The translations under genes and the position numbers were made by a program. A stretch of DNA of 63,015 nt, filler included, from Welwitschia mirabilis (taxonomy: Eukaryota): assembly GCA_051453625.1 (NCBI GenBank). It is 9 parts of one record of this genome, joined end to end, with 100 filler letters (N's around TTAATTAATTAA, not from the genome) between each part and the next. Parts side by side here need not be neighbours in the genome. Positions count along the whole stretch, not along the records: positions 13,551 to 18,602 come from JBOZIK010000001.1; positions 18,703 to 23,229 come from JBOZIK010000001.1; positions 23,330 to 33,882 come from JBOZIK010000001.1; 6 more parts are not named here. One strand, written 5' to 3'. This document shows positions 13,451-26,498 of the stretch, piece by piece (the first letter of the stretch is position 1; every line of letters starts with the position of its first letter). The notes under the pieces are model-generated. The model saw nothing but the letters and a program-made list of their open reading frames with translations. It was not told where the DNA came from and did not search any database.

Positions 13451-15188
13451 NNNNNNNNNNNNNNNNNNNNNNNNNNNNNNNNNNNNNNNNNNNNTTAATT
13501 AATTAANNNNNNNNNNNNNNNNNNNNNNNNNNNNNNNNNNNNNNNNNNNNGTTTTTTTAAGATTTCATGTTCATTAAAAAATATTATTCTTGGCTATTTA
13601 AATATGAATTTTTATGAGAATGTGAAACAAAAAGATGTGGTACCTAATACATCAATTTTGAGTTGATTACATTCTATAATATTCAATTCATGGAGGTAGC
13701 TATAATTATTGTAATTCTATGCAGATACTACCTTCGTATAGGAATGAAAATTGATCTTGGCTTCATATTATGCATGAACATTATTACTCTNNNNNNNNNN
13801 NNNNNNNNNNNNNNNNNNNNNNNNNNNNNNNNNNNNNNNNNNNNNNNNNNNNNNNNNNNNNNNNNNNNNNNNNNNNNNNNNNNNNNNNNNNNNNNNNNNN
13901 NNNNNNNNNNNNNNNNNNNNNNNNNNNNNNNNNNNNNNNNNNNNNNNNNNNNNNNNNNNNNNNNNNNNNNNNNNNNNNNNNNNNNNNNNNNNNNNNNNNN
14001 NNNNNNNNNNNNNNNNNNNNNNNNNNNNNNNNNNNNNNNNNNNNNNNNNNNNNNNNNNNNNNNNNNNNNNNNNNNNNNNNNNNNNNNNNNNNNNNNNNNN
14101 NNNNNNNNNNNNNNNNNNNNNNNNNNNNNNNNNNNNNNNNNNNNNNNNNNNNNNNNNNNNNNNNNNNNNNNNNNNNNNNNNNNNNNNNNNNNNNNNNNNN
14201 NNNNNNNNNNNNNNNNNNNNNNNNNNNNNNNNNNNNNNNNNNNNNNNNNNNNNNNNNNNNNNNNNNNNNNNNNNNNNNNNNNNNNNNNNNNNNNNNNNNN
14301 NNNNNNNNNNNNNNNNNNNNNNNNNNNNNNNNNNNNNNNNNNNNNNNNNNNNNNNNNNNNNNNNNNNNNNNNNNNNNNNNNNNNNNNNNNNNNNNNNNNN
14401 NNNNNNNNNNNNNNNNNNNNNNNNNNNNNNNNNNNNNNNNNNNNNNNNNNNNNNNNNNNNNNNNNNNNNNNNNNNNNNNNNNNNNNNNNNNNNNNNNNNN
14501 NNNNNNNNNNNNNNNNNNNNNNNNNNNNNNNNNNNNNNNNNNNNNNNNNNNNNNNNNNNNNNNNNNNNNNNNNNNNNNNNNNNNNNNNNNNNNNNNNNNN
14601 NNNNNNNNNNNNNNNNNNNNNNNNNNNNNNNNNNNNNNNNNNNNNNNNNNNNNNNNNNNNNNNNNNNNNNNNNNNNNNNNNNNNNNNNNNNNNNNNNNNN
14701 NNNNNNNNNNNNNNNNNNNNNNNNNNNNNNNNNNNNNNNNNNNNNNNNNNNNNNNNNNNNNNNNNNNNNNNNNNNNNNNNNNNNNNNTTGGATCATATCA
14801 GACATCTTGTATGAGTTTAAAGGACGTGGACTTGAGATGTTTAATTGGACTTTCTATGAGTGACATCATTGTTGATTATCACTTTTACATAATTTCACAA
14901 ATTTCATGATGTTTTAATGATCTTTTATTATTATCTATTAGTTGTTAGATTCCTTTTGTATGTAGTATATGCATGGTGCTTTGACACGTATCTAACAATT
15001 TAATATATTAGCACTACTTCTTGTTCACTATCTGTTAATGATTATTAATGTGTTTTTTAAATGATTTTACTTTTTGAAAGTTTTAATATGCCTCATATAA
15101 TATACTGTGCCTTATTTTGGATTAAGTTATCTCAAGTAAAATTTGAACATGATTACACTAATGAGATTGCTAAGTTTCAGATATCATC

Positions 15189-15202
15189 AAAAAGGAGGAG
15201 AT
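15189..15202 (+). promoter_or_regulatory. Polypurine tract of the Copia element
   Basis: catc-aaaaaggaggag-at directly before the 3' LTR (Sirevirus-type aaaaagggggagat). Confidence 0.8.
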
Positions 15203-16896
15203 TATTGGTAAAATCTTAGTTTTGATAATTTTACTTATCAAATTTGATGTGTCTAATATGTAGATAGGATAATCAAGAATACCCAAGTTGCAAATAGGGA
15301 TTAAACTAGCCAAAATTTAAAGCTCAAAGTTCATAGAAGCTTCATCTCAAAGTTCATAAAGGATACATAAAATTAACTAAAGAAATTTATAGTTCTGAAG
15401 ATATCTATGAAAAGACATCTGCTATCTTGAAGACGTCTAGGCTAAATCTGACGTTGTCATAAGTGAAAGACATTTATCATGATAAAGACATCTATACTAA
15501 ATTAATGACCTGTGATAAGTGAAAGATGTCTAGCAAGTTAAAGATGTCTATACTACTTTAAATGTTTGAAGACATCTGTGCTTAATTAAAAGAGGTAATA
15601 GAGGTCAAATTGTGTCATGATGAATTATATACATTTCAAGGACTAGGAAAGTTTTAGATGATAAATTTATAATATCCAAGAATCAAAGATACAATAGTTT
15701 AAGCCTTATTAAAGTCGAGATAGTTTAACCAAAGATTTCTTTTAGGATAAATACGTCTACCTGATAGAGACATCCATTGCATTAAAGATGCTTGTCTTGA
15801 AAAATTGATGAAGAATAAATTAGCCATTGAATAACCAAATCTTAGCTATTTATAGCCATTGCACGATGTTTATTTAAATGTTTTCAAATGGCTATCTCAC
15901 TAGGGTAAAGGCTCAAAAAACATCTCAAGCATAAAAGACAAAAACTATGAAGAGAAAAAGGTTACTTATTTGGGTGATTGATACTACACCTCAGATTTTT
16001 GTATCCTTGATAAAGATAACCATTTATTAAAGACATTGCTTAACCACTGACTCTTCCACAACTGCATAACTCTAATCTTAGATATTCATGGGTGACTACA
16101 ATNNNNNNNNNNNNNNNNNNNNNNNNNNNNNNNNNNNNNNNNNNNNNNNNNNNNNNNNNNNNNNNNNNNNNNNNNNNNNNNNNNNNNNNNNNNNNNNNNN
16201 NNTTAAAATGGATTTCTCACTAGGATAAAGGCTAAGAAAATAATTTGATCATCATTAATTATTTGGATAATTAATACTATACATGAATATTTTTGTATCC
16301 TTAATAAATAGAACCATTTATTGAAGATATTTATTGATCATTGGCTCTTCCATAGATTTGTAACTCCAATTTTAGATATTCATGGGTGACTACAATAAGG
16401 AAAACTTAAGCATTCTATTAAGTAACATTTTTTAGGCTTATTGTTTCTTTATTAGCATTGTTTATTGGTACTTCATTGTAGGACTATAAGATTATTGAAT
16501 TCATTCTTTCTATTTCATAAATTATAATCATCTCTAAGATCCCTTACTTGGGGGATTTCAAAGTGTAAGGAAATGCTTGTATGGATGTGCATCCTTGAGT
16601 GCTTGAGATCATAACAAAATATTGGCCCATCATAATCTCTGAGAGGAAGAAAGTGCTATCTTACAAAGAGAATATTATTTGTATGGAAAATTGGTGGTGC
16701 TCCAAAACCACTATTTTATAGGTTAAGGATATCTAGAGGTGTGGAGGGAAGCTACCCTCTATGTGTGAACGTACCTAGGTTGGTAAATCACATTAATTTG
16801 GTAAGGTCTCTATTATGCAATTTTTTTAATTTTTAGTTAGGATTTATTTTTTGATAAAACTCATTCACCCCTCTCCTCTAAGTTTAACTATCTTTG
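15203..16896 (+). repeat. 3' LTR of Sirevirus-type Copia
   Basis: Aligns with 4094-5624 and ends attcacccctctcctct...tctttg. About 190 bp is duplicated across the 16103-16202 gap. Confidence 0.9.
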
Positions 16897-17828
16897 ATAC
16901 TTCCAACAACAACAACAATTATAGGGTACGATATGTAATTTTCCTTTTTATGTATTTGATAAATATCTTTAAGACTAAATATTTTGAATTTACAATATTA
17001 TTTTCTAGTTTTCACTTTATACCACGATGGCCTTTCACCCATTCCATAATGGTGTTCTTGCATCATGGATTATCTATTCATAAGATAAATATATAAATGT
17101 GTCCTGGTTTCCATAACTAGTTAAAAATTTTCACTCTTCTAATGTTGGTTCATGGATTAATTCCTTTATGATGGATGATTTATCTATTAAAAAGGATGAT
17201 ATGATTGTTTCTTTTAGGTAGTCTTTCTACTTAAAATATATAACCAATTTCACATGATTATAGTTTTATTCGAGTAACCCAAGTTTCCTATGTCCATGGC
17301 ACATTTGTCATTCTTACAAGAGTAAGTTGGATTTTAAGGTTAAGAGCTAGAAACTTTGAGATGTTATCTATAGTAATTTACAACATATAATAAACACATG
17401 CAAGTTCCTACAGATGTAAATGTTTAATTTTTTATTTATTTTTTAAATATCATGAAGAAAAGGAATTAACATAATATATGAAGAGTTATTGGATTGATAA
17501 TCAAAATTTTTATGAGTGTGATGTCATTCTTTGTAATATTTACTTTTATAGTGTTTTAACTTAACATTACTTATTCATATGTATATTTTCTTTTTTTTTT
17601 ATGGAAAAAGATTGTATATTAAGAATAGAGAAACTATATAACATGATACATGAAACTAATAGGAAGGGAAAAACCCTTCACTATCGAAAACACTATCCCA
17701 AAAGATGAGTCCTATGGACCCAGGCAAAAAATACTAGATTTAAGTTAAATGATAACAAGAGAAGAATTAAACTAATAAATCTTAAAAAAACAAAAGAGAG
17801 AAAACAATGGAGCAAGAATAGCAAAAGA

Positions 17829-18099
17829 CTAGAGCCATCTACCATAAGTTTTCACAAGTTTATCCCTATGCTAGAACTAATAGAGAGTTTTTTTTCCTCT
17901 TATTAGTAAGAACATTCTTCACTCTATTCAGTTCCTTGGTCTTTTTTGAAGCTTCTTAAATATTGTTCCTACTTTTTGTCTAGGTACCACTTGGGTGCTA
18001 CCTAAGCATCAACCTTCCATGAGTTCTTATAATTTCTTATTGGGAGGGCCCTGGTTGGATCCCCAGGATTCCATAATAGTCTTTTCACTCCTTAGCCAT
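17829..18099 (-). pseudogene. DnaJ/Hsp40 J-domain ORF, decayed
   Basis: Reads MAKE*KDYYGILGIQPGPSQ*EIIRTHGRLMLR*HP..(tgg tac cta gac aaa, a decayed WHPDK)..RNNI*EASKKTKELNRVKNVLTNKRKK. Four stops are single transitions from CGA/CAA/TGG/CAA; the fifth arises in the frame shifted by an 11-bp tandem duplication around HPD. Confidence 0.8.
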
Positions 18100-18149
18100 T
18101 GCTACTTCATCATAATCTTATTCTAAACCTAAATCAGAATAAGCTTCAT

Positions 18150-18779
18150 TGTTGCGGTGTGTATTTTTGTAAACCTTACATCCTTGATCAAATCCTGAAA
18201 ATCACCAAAAATATATAGATTGCATAACACAACACACTAATATAGATGGGAGTGATTTAAATGTCATAATTCCATTAAAGGCACAGGCAAGAAGAAAGAG
18301 AATTGATTTCAAACAAAATACTTATGCATTTTCTAGAAGAACGAAATAACAATGCAAGTAAACAATGCAAATAAGATACAAGATCTATTCTAAATGCAAT
18401 GTCTATCCAATTACTAAATCAACCTATCATAGAGATTGGCCCTGTATAATCTAGATCAACTAAAAAAAGCCATCACTAGACCAAGACCAATCTAAGCTAT
18501 CAGGTGCATTGAACAAAATATGAAAACAATGCAAAGTTAATCTAAGAGATGAAATGCAATATACTTAAACTAACAATATCAACCTTAAAAAAGGTTACCC
18601 TCNNNNNNNNNNNNNNNNNNNNNNNNNNNNNNNNNNNNNNNNNNNNTTAATTAATTAANNNNNNNNNNNNNNNNNNNNNNNNNNNNNNNNNNNNNNNNNN
18701 NNTCAACATAAACCTATCCAATGTCCTATAAAACAACTTAAAATACCCTATAAAATATACATAATTTGGCAATGCAACA
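18150..18779 (-). repeat. 3' LTR of the Athila-like element (middle lost in linker gap)
   Basis: Both halves align to 26520-27767. On the minus strand it is preceded by ttgaggactgataaggctaagtgaatgaata, a decayed Athila ttgaggacaagcaa..aagtgtggggga motif. Confidence 0.8.
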
Positions 18780-19349
18780 TATTCATTCACTTAGCCTTAT
18801 CAGTCCTCAACAAAACAGGCAAACAACCCTAATTGTGAGCTGGATTGACTAAAGATAAATCAACTAGAGAACTGTAAAATAAACTTAGAAATCTTATAAT
18901 ATAGAACAAAAATTTAGAAATAGATAATTAGACATTTCACCTATGCAGTGTAAGTGGTTGTAATATCATTCTGGTGGTCATTCCAGTGATGGACAGGGCA
19001 ATAGGCTAAAAAATTATTCTTGAAAAATAGAAGCCTACAAATTTTTTTTAAGAAAAATAAACATTAAAACATATCATCATTAATTTTTCCCCACTCAAAT
19101 GTATAACAGATACTGAAAAATAATCATGTATAACATAAGGAAAAAATCCTCATCATGAAATGTTAAAATAATATGTAAAAGATGTGCATCATATCTCAAT
19201 AATAAAAATGTACATCATGATGATACTCAAAAAATGATATATCTATAAAAAATTATTGAGTTCTAACACAATCCATGAAAATAAAATACATAATACAAAA
19301 TAATAAATCACTTTTCTCGTCATGCCAAAATGAAGTCCTAATGCGCAAC

Positions 19350-20508
19350 AGGATCAGGTGTAGGTAAATAAGAAGGAGAATGCTCAGGATTTATAAGAAA
19401 ATGATGATTAAGTAATATCATAATGGAGCGTGTTATCTCATCTCCTTGTACTCTAACTGCCTCTGGGAGGTTAACTATTATACTGTGTTCAATGCGCAAT
19501 ATACATTGATGCACATCAGTTAACTACTCCTTGGTGTGATGAACTATCCTCTCAAGTATAGATATCCTCTGCTTCAGCGTGGTGAAAATTTGATCTACCA
19601 TCTCTCTAATGCTTTATGCAGTGTCTGCCAAAAGAGTCTAAATCTACTCAATGATGATACCAACCATAGATTTGTGTACTTGAGGTTTCTTAATCTCTTC
19701 TGAAATCTAAATGTCCATGTCCTATAGGTAATAAGCTAAAGTCTAAAGATGCATGAGTCTCTACTCTCCCATAGCCTTAGGCATACCAAAGCATGTAAAC
19801 ATAGCTGAGAGGAGGGAAGGATATCCCAGAGTCTGTAACTATCAAGCCTCAATCATGCTCCTAAATCTCCTCTAAATAAAGGTCGATAAATCAATCTACT
19901 CCTACTTGAATACTACCAACATCTAAAAGTGAGTGACCATAGCATGACTGTCGTGGAAGAAAGGATTGATGTTATAAATTAACCTTCTATAAAGAATCTG
20001 ATAGGCAGGTGATAAACGTGTTACCAAAACTTCTTGCTTATCACTACTCATGTCAGCTAGTATGTCTAATGCTGCATCATAAGCATGATGCTCCTTTGTA
20101 CTACCAGCTGAGTGGATATGTGTACTCCTAATGCCACCTAAATTAGTAACAATAGTAATGTGGCTTAGGAAAATCGATATCTCATGGTCATGAATGTTAG
20201 CTATAATCATATCACCAAGTTAGTCATAAGCATTAAAACACCTCTTTATATGCATGGTATCACAAACCTCTTTAGTCTTTGAGGTGTAGTGGTCTCCTTG
20301 TGCATCTACAACCCACCTGAGCTATAGATTTATCAGTCTTCGATGCACCTCCAGCATTGATTGATTCATAAAATCACTGAAATATCTCTATACTCAAATA
20401 GAAGTTATCTGAATAGAGAGAGATCGATCCTAACAAGGTGGAGGATGAACTGGCTCTACCTGCTTAATATTAGGTGGTATTAATGGGTCCACCTTCTACT
20501 TTACTACC
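19350..20508 (-). pseudogene. env-like / putative plant transposon protein (Transposase_32-like) ORF, copy 1
   Basis: IIANIHDHEISI..LSPAYQILYRRLIYNINPFFHDSH..IDLSTFI..LGYPSLL fits the pattern of Athila/SIRE 3' ORFs. Confidence 0.7.
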
Positions 20509-20608
20509 NNNNNNNNNNNNNNNNNNNNNNNNNNNNNNNNNNNNNNNNNNNNNNNNNNNNNNNNNNNNNNNNNNNNNNNNNNNNNNNNNNNNNNNNNNNN
20601 NNNNNNNN

Positions 20609-21770
20609 AGGTGCAGGTAAAGAAGAAGGAGAATGCTCAGAATCTATAGGAAAACGATGATCAAATTATGTCATAATGGAGTGTGTTATCTTGTCTCCTT
20701 GTACTCTAATTTGCCTCTGAGAGGTTAACTATTACACTTTGTTCAATGCTTAATATGCATTGATGCATATCAGTTAACTACTCCTCAGTTGCTGAACTCT
20801 CCTCTCAAGTATAGATATCCTTTGCTCAAGCATGGTAAAATTTCGGTCTACCATCTCTCTAGTGCTTTATGCAGTGTCTACCAAAAGAGCCTGAATCTGC
20901 TCAATGATAATACCAATCACAGGTCTGTGTACTTAAGGTCTATTAACCTCTTCTAAAATCTAAATGTCCATGTCTTGTAGGTAACAAGCTGAAGTCTAAA
21001 GATGCATGAGTCTCTACTCTCCCACAGGCTTAGGCATACCAAAGCGTGTCAACATAGCTAAGAGGAGGCAAGGATATCCTAGAGTTCGTAACTATCAAGC
21101 CTCAATCATGCTTTTAAATCTCCTCTAAATAAAGGTCAATAAATCCATCTACTCCTCCTACCTGAATACTACTAGCATCTGAAAGTGAGTGACCATACCA
21201 TGAATGTCGTGGAAGAAAGGATTGATTTTATAGATTAATCCTCTATAAAGAATCTGATAAGCAAGCAATAAACATGTTATCAAAAATCCCTGCATATTAC
21301 TACTCATGTCAGCTGGTATGTCTAATGCTATGTCATAAGCTTGATGCTCTATTATACTGCCATCTAAGTGGATATGTATACTTCTGATGCCATCTAAATT
21401 AGTAACAATAGTGATGTGGCTTAGGAAAATCGATATCTGATGGGCATGAATGTTAGCTATAATCATATCACCAAGTCAATCATAAGCATAAAAACACCTC
21501 TCTATATCCATGGTATTATAAATCTCTCTAGTCTTTGAGGTGTTGTGGTCTCCTTGTGGATTTACAACCCACCTAAGCTATAGATTTGTTAGTCTTAAAT
21601 CCATCTCCAGCTTCAATTGACTCATAAATTCACTGAAATATCTCGATACTCAAATGGAAGTTATTTAAATGGAAAGAGATCAAGCCTGACAAGATGGAGG
21701 ATGAACTGGCTCTACTTGCTTGATCTCAGGTGGTACCTATGGGTCCACCTTCTACTCTACTAACTTATCA
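20609..21770 (-). pseudogene. env-like ORF, copy 2 (diverged tandem duplicate)
   Basis: Colinear with 19355-20508; ORF 21158..21466 is homologous to ORF 19923..20210. Confidence 0.7.
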
Positions 21771-23329
21771 TGTCTCTCTTGTCATGTGCATGGCCTAATC
21801 AATCATAAATGCAAAATGTATCACACGAGATCAAGTGAAAATCACTAAAATTCTAAACGACCTAAAAAAATTGGATTTTACATGTAAAATCCATGAAGAT
21901 ATGTCCTAATACTCTCTAAGAAAATCAGTACATCCCATATTGCCTAATTATGTGAATAAAAAAGCACAAAATGTGAGAAAAATCAAAAAGTGAAAAATAG
22001 GTGTCCCTACATAAGGTCAAAAATAAAAGTGCTCAAATAAAAAATCTAATCTAGTACAATCATAGATCTCATCATACTGATAAATTTACCTATAAGGACC
22101 ACAATGATTTGATTTACGATTTTCGAGAAAATGAGGTTTAAAGTTAAAAACCTAATTCTACCTCATAAAATGCATAGTTTGAGATATCTTGTAAAATATA
22201 TGATGAAAATCAGATTCGTAAGTATCAAATTAAAGAGCACAAAAAACTGAGTAATATACATGAAAACTACATGTTAAAAGGCTAAAAAATTTGAGAAGTA
22301 ATAAAAAATAACAAGCGAGAGAAAAACATACCTCTTTGTAACAAATTTGCTTAAATATTGCAATCTAATGCACTAAACTCATGGGGAAAAGTTTCAAGAT
22401 GTTAGTAGGCACTAGAGTGATAGTCATCTCTCAAAGGAATGAATGAAAATGACTTAAAAATAAGGAAAAATAAAAGAAAAGGATCATGACAGTGATTTTA
22501 TCATGCTATTCTCTAGTAGCATTATCCAGATGATAACCCTAATTTATCATCTACCTTGTCATTTGAATGACCTAGTGGACGATGGAAGTTTGGAAATTCT
22601 TAGAAAAAGGAAAATGTTATTTGAATAAGTTAGGTTTAGATATCAACGTGAAGTTATTAGATTTTATAAAAAACTTTGAAAGATAGGGAATGATGAAGAA
22701 TCATGATGAATAAAGATAAGGAATGAGGAAAACTCCAAATAATCAAAAGATAGGATGATAAAAATGTAGTAAGTAAGATGAATCTTAATAAAGATAATTG
22801 AATACATGTGCTTGAACTGAAAAAGAATCATGAAAATATGTAGAACTCCAAAAGACTTAAAAAAACATCATGAAAATCATAAAGAACATCATCTAATGGC
22901 AAAAGAATATCATTTAGTTAAATTGCTAAAAGAAAGTCAACTTTATTTAATAAAATGGGTGAAGATAAAAATAACAAAAGGAAAACTACTAAATAATAAG
23001 GTCCTAAAAATAATGATGAAAAAGTATGGAAACAATTTTGAAATAATAAACCAAAGAACCAAAGAAAAATAGAATGAAAATGGACCTTATGACTATGAAG
23101 AAGATAGCGTACCTACCCTAAATTCTAACATACCTCATTGTGACAAATTTTCTCAAACCTTGCAATCTGGTGCACTAAACTCATGGGGAAAAGTTCCAAG
23201 ACATCAGTAGGCACTAGAGTGATGGCTATNNNNNNNNNNNNNNNNNNNNNNNNNNNNNNNNNNNNNNNNNNNNTTAATTAATTAANNNNNNNNNNNNNNN
23301 NNNNNNNNNNNNNNNNNNNNNNNNNNNNN

Positions 23330-23724
23330 TTTGGGTATTAAGTCTACTGTAGAAATAATCTACTAATTCTTTTTGAGTGAATGCATTTATAGGATTAGAA
23401 CGTATTGCAATGAAAAATCATTCATAAGTGGAGGCATGATCTTCATTAGGTTGTTGTTGGAAATTTGTTACCTCTTTATTTCTTTTTCTTATTGTTGTTT
23501 CACTAATAAATCTTTTTATAAAGGCTTTTAAAACTTGATTTAATGTTTTTAAGATTTTATGTGGAATAGTTCTTAACCATAACTTTGCTTTTCCTTTTAA
23601 TGTGATGGGAAATATAACCATGTAAGTATGATAACTAATTTATTTTTAACTATTTCCAAAATTAAGCACTAATTGTTCAATGTTGGCTATATGTTGAAGG
23701 GGATCTTTATCATTTTCTCCATTN
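23330..23724 (-). pseudogene. Retrotransposon gag fragment (Athila-like)
   Basis: FPITLKGKAKLWL..VLKAFIKRF..EVTNFQQQPNE (Retrotrans_gag pattern); homologous to 53809-54128. Confidence 0.85.
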
Positions 23725-24924
23725 NNNNNNNNNNNNNNNNNNNNNNNNNNNNNNNNNNNNNNNNNNNNNNNNNNNNNNNNNNNNNNNNNNNNNNNNNNNN
23801 NNNNNNNNNNNNNNNNNNNNNNNNNNNNNNNNNNNNNNNNNNNNNNNNNNNNNNNNNNNNNNNNNNNNNNNNNNNNNNNNNNNNNNNNNNNNNNNNNNNN
23901 NNNNNNNNNNNNNNNNNNNNNNNNNNNNNNNNNNNNNNNNNNNNNNNNNNNNNNNNNNNNNNNNNNNNNNNNNNNNNNNNNNNNNNNNNNNNNNNNNNNN
24001 NNNNNNNNNNNNNNNNNNNNNNNNNNNNNNNNNNNNNNNNNNNNNNNNNNNNNNNNNNNNNNNNNNNNNNNNNNNNNNNNNNNNNNNNNNNNNNNNNNNN
24101 NNNNNNNNNNNNNNNNNNNNNNNNNNNNNNNNNNNNNNNNNNNNNNNNNNNNNNNNNNNNNNNNNNNNNNNNNNNNNNNNNNNNNNNNNNNNNNNNNNNN
24201 NNNNNNNNNNNNNNNNNNNNNNNNNNNNNNNNNNNNNNNNNNNNNNNNNNNNNNNNNNNNNNNNNNNNNNNNNNNNNNNNNNNNNNNNNNNNNNNNNNNN
24301 NNNNNNNNNNNNNNNNNNNNNNNNNNNNNNNNNNNNNNNNNNNNNNNNNNNNNNNNNNNNNNNNNNNNNNNNNNNNNNNNNNNNNNNNNNNNNNNNNNNN
24401 NNNNNNNNNNNNNNNNNNNNNNNNNNNNNNNNNNNNNNNNNNNNNNNNNNNNNNNNNNNNNNNNNNNNNNNNNNNNNNNNNNNNNNNNNNNNNNNNNNNN
24501 NNNNNNNNNNNNNNNNNNNNNNNNNNNNNNNNNNNNNNNNNNNNNNNNNNNNNNNNNNNNNNNNNNNNNNNNNNNNNNNNNNNNNNNNNNNNNNNNNNNN
24601 NNNNNNNNNNNNNNNNNNNNNNNNNNNNNNNNNNTGAAAACTAACAGTCATCTACTAAATCATCTAGATGATAGAGAGGGTGATAAGAAAAAAACCTATT
24701 TCTTATGAAAATGAAAAACCCTAAGTTTCCTAGGCTGTCATTGTTGCACATCATCTAGACAATAAGGGAAATGATAGGACATCATTTTTGGAATGCAAAT
24801 CGAAAATGTAAAAAGAAAACCTACATTTCTACTATAAAGATACAATGTTACTGCAGATAAATACCAGAATCAAAATGTAAACTATTTATCTAAGCAATGA
24901 TAATCCTTGAACTCTAAGAAACAC

Positions 24925-25695
24925 TCCTCGACAACCGTGCCAAAAATGTTACAGTGCATATTTATGCAAACGTCACAACCTTGAATAAATCCTGAAAATC
25001 ACTAAAAATATATATATTGCAAAATAAAACACACTAATATAGATGGAAGTGACCTAAATGTCATAATTCTATTGAAGGCATAGACGAGAAGAAAGAGAAT
25101 TGATTTCAAATGAAATACTTATGCACTTTCTAGTAGAACGAAATAACAATGCAAATAAACATACTATGCAAATGAGATGTAAGATCTATTCTAAATACAA
25201 CATCTATTCGATTACCACATCAACCTATTACCACTATAAACTTTACATAATCTAGATTAATTAAGGAAAGCTGTCACTAGACCAAAACCAACTTAAGCTA
25301 TCGGGTGTATGGAATAGAATATGAAAACAATGCAAAGTTAACATAAGAGATGAAATGTAATGTACTTGAACTAACAATGTCAACCTTAACAAAGGTTGTT
25401 CTCGTGATCAATATAACAAATGAAGCTATCATAAAATCAAAAGCAACATAAACCATAAGGGAGATGCATATAACAAATGATATGAGAAGAAAAATAGAGT
25501 TTGATTAACTCAAACGAGCATCCATGTTATAAAGCAATAATATCTAAATGAAGGATACACAGCTCAACACTAAGGAAGATGTCTCTTTACAATAAAAAGG
25601 GATGGATCTCTTGTCCTTTGATTTCTTATTACAAGAATTACTAGTGCTAAAGAAGATAAAGTCAGAGTTAAGGGCAAAGGAGCTATTTATTACAA
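24925..25695 (-). repeat. Extra PBS (24925-24942) plus partial LTR (24947-25695)
   Basis: Minus strand reads tggcacggttgtcgagga (consensus tggcgccgttgccgggga). The LTR aligns with 26520-27280 and ends at a 100-N gap. Confidence 0.8.
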
Positions 25696-26498
25696 NNNNN
25701 NNNNNNNNNNNNNNNNNNNNNNNNNNNNNNNNNNNNNNNNNNNNNNNNNNNNNNNNNNNNNNNNNNNNNNNNNNNNNNNNNNNNNNNNNNNNNNNTAGGG
25801 CAATTAGATGAAGCTACTTGTTTCTATTTTTACATAGAATTCGATATTGCAATAAAACTATTTTCTTTTAAACTTTATTTTTAAAAAAATTCTTTGGGAA
25901 AATTAAATTTATAAATAATAAATGTAGAAAAATCTTCTTGCTCAATTCTTAGAATATTTTGCATACCTAAAGTGTGTGTACCTAGATTTAGTTCGTAGTT
26001 TATCAAACCTTCTAATGTTTTCTTCGATTAGCAATTACTCTCTCTAATACTTTATCTTTTTATCCAAGTCTATCATATCTCAGCATTCTTAGTTCTATTT
26101 CTACAGACGTCATCTCTATGGTCATTCAGATGATGTACTTGAATGATAGAAGATACAAAAAACCTGAAAATGAAAATCAGAGAAAACTAGAATTGTGGAA
26201 TACATAGAATAAAAACTGAGAGTCATATGCTAAGTCATCTAGATGACAAAGGGGATGATAGGAAAAATCCTAGATTTTATGAAAATAAAAAACCCTTGTT
26301 TCATGAGTCATCATCATTACACGTCATCTAGATGACAAGGGAAATGACAAGACATTATTTTTAAAACACAAATAAAAAATGCAGAAAGAAAAATCTATGG
26401 TTCTATTGTAAAGATACAATGCTGCTGCAGATAAATAAGTGAACCAGAATCCAAACTACTTATGTGAGCAACAACAATCCTTAAACTCCAAGTAGTCT

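Larger units (their letters stand above)
4094..16896 (+). mobile_element. Full-length decayed Ty1/Copia, Sirevirus (SIRE/Maximus)-type
   Basis: Two alignable LTRs, Met PBS, gag-PR-INT-RT-RH order and PPT aaaaaggaggag. Flanks ATTCT (4089-4093) and ATACT (16897-16901) form a 4/5-matching TSD. The element spans two artificial linkers and an unrelated contig (11759-13450). Confidence 0.85.

Noticed and set aside
17829-18149. J-domain as internal cargo of the Athila-like element
   Set aside because: The pre-PPT motif at 18780-18812 and the TTCAT/TTCAC TSD show that 18150-18779 is the 3' LTR, so the J ORF lies outside the element.
22830-23072. Lys/His-rich 80-aa ORF
   Set aside because: A-rich antisense strand of the Athila-like non-coding region.
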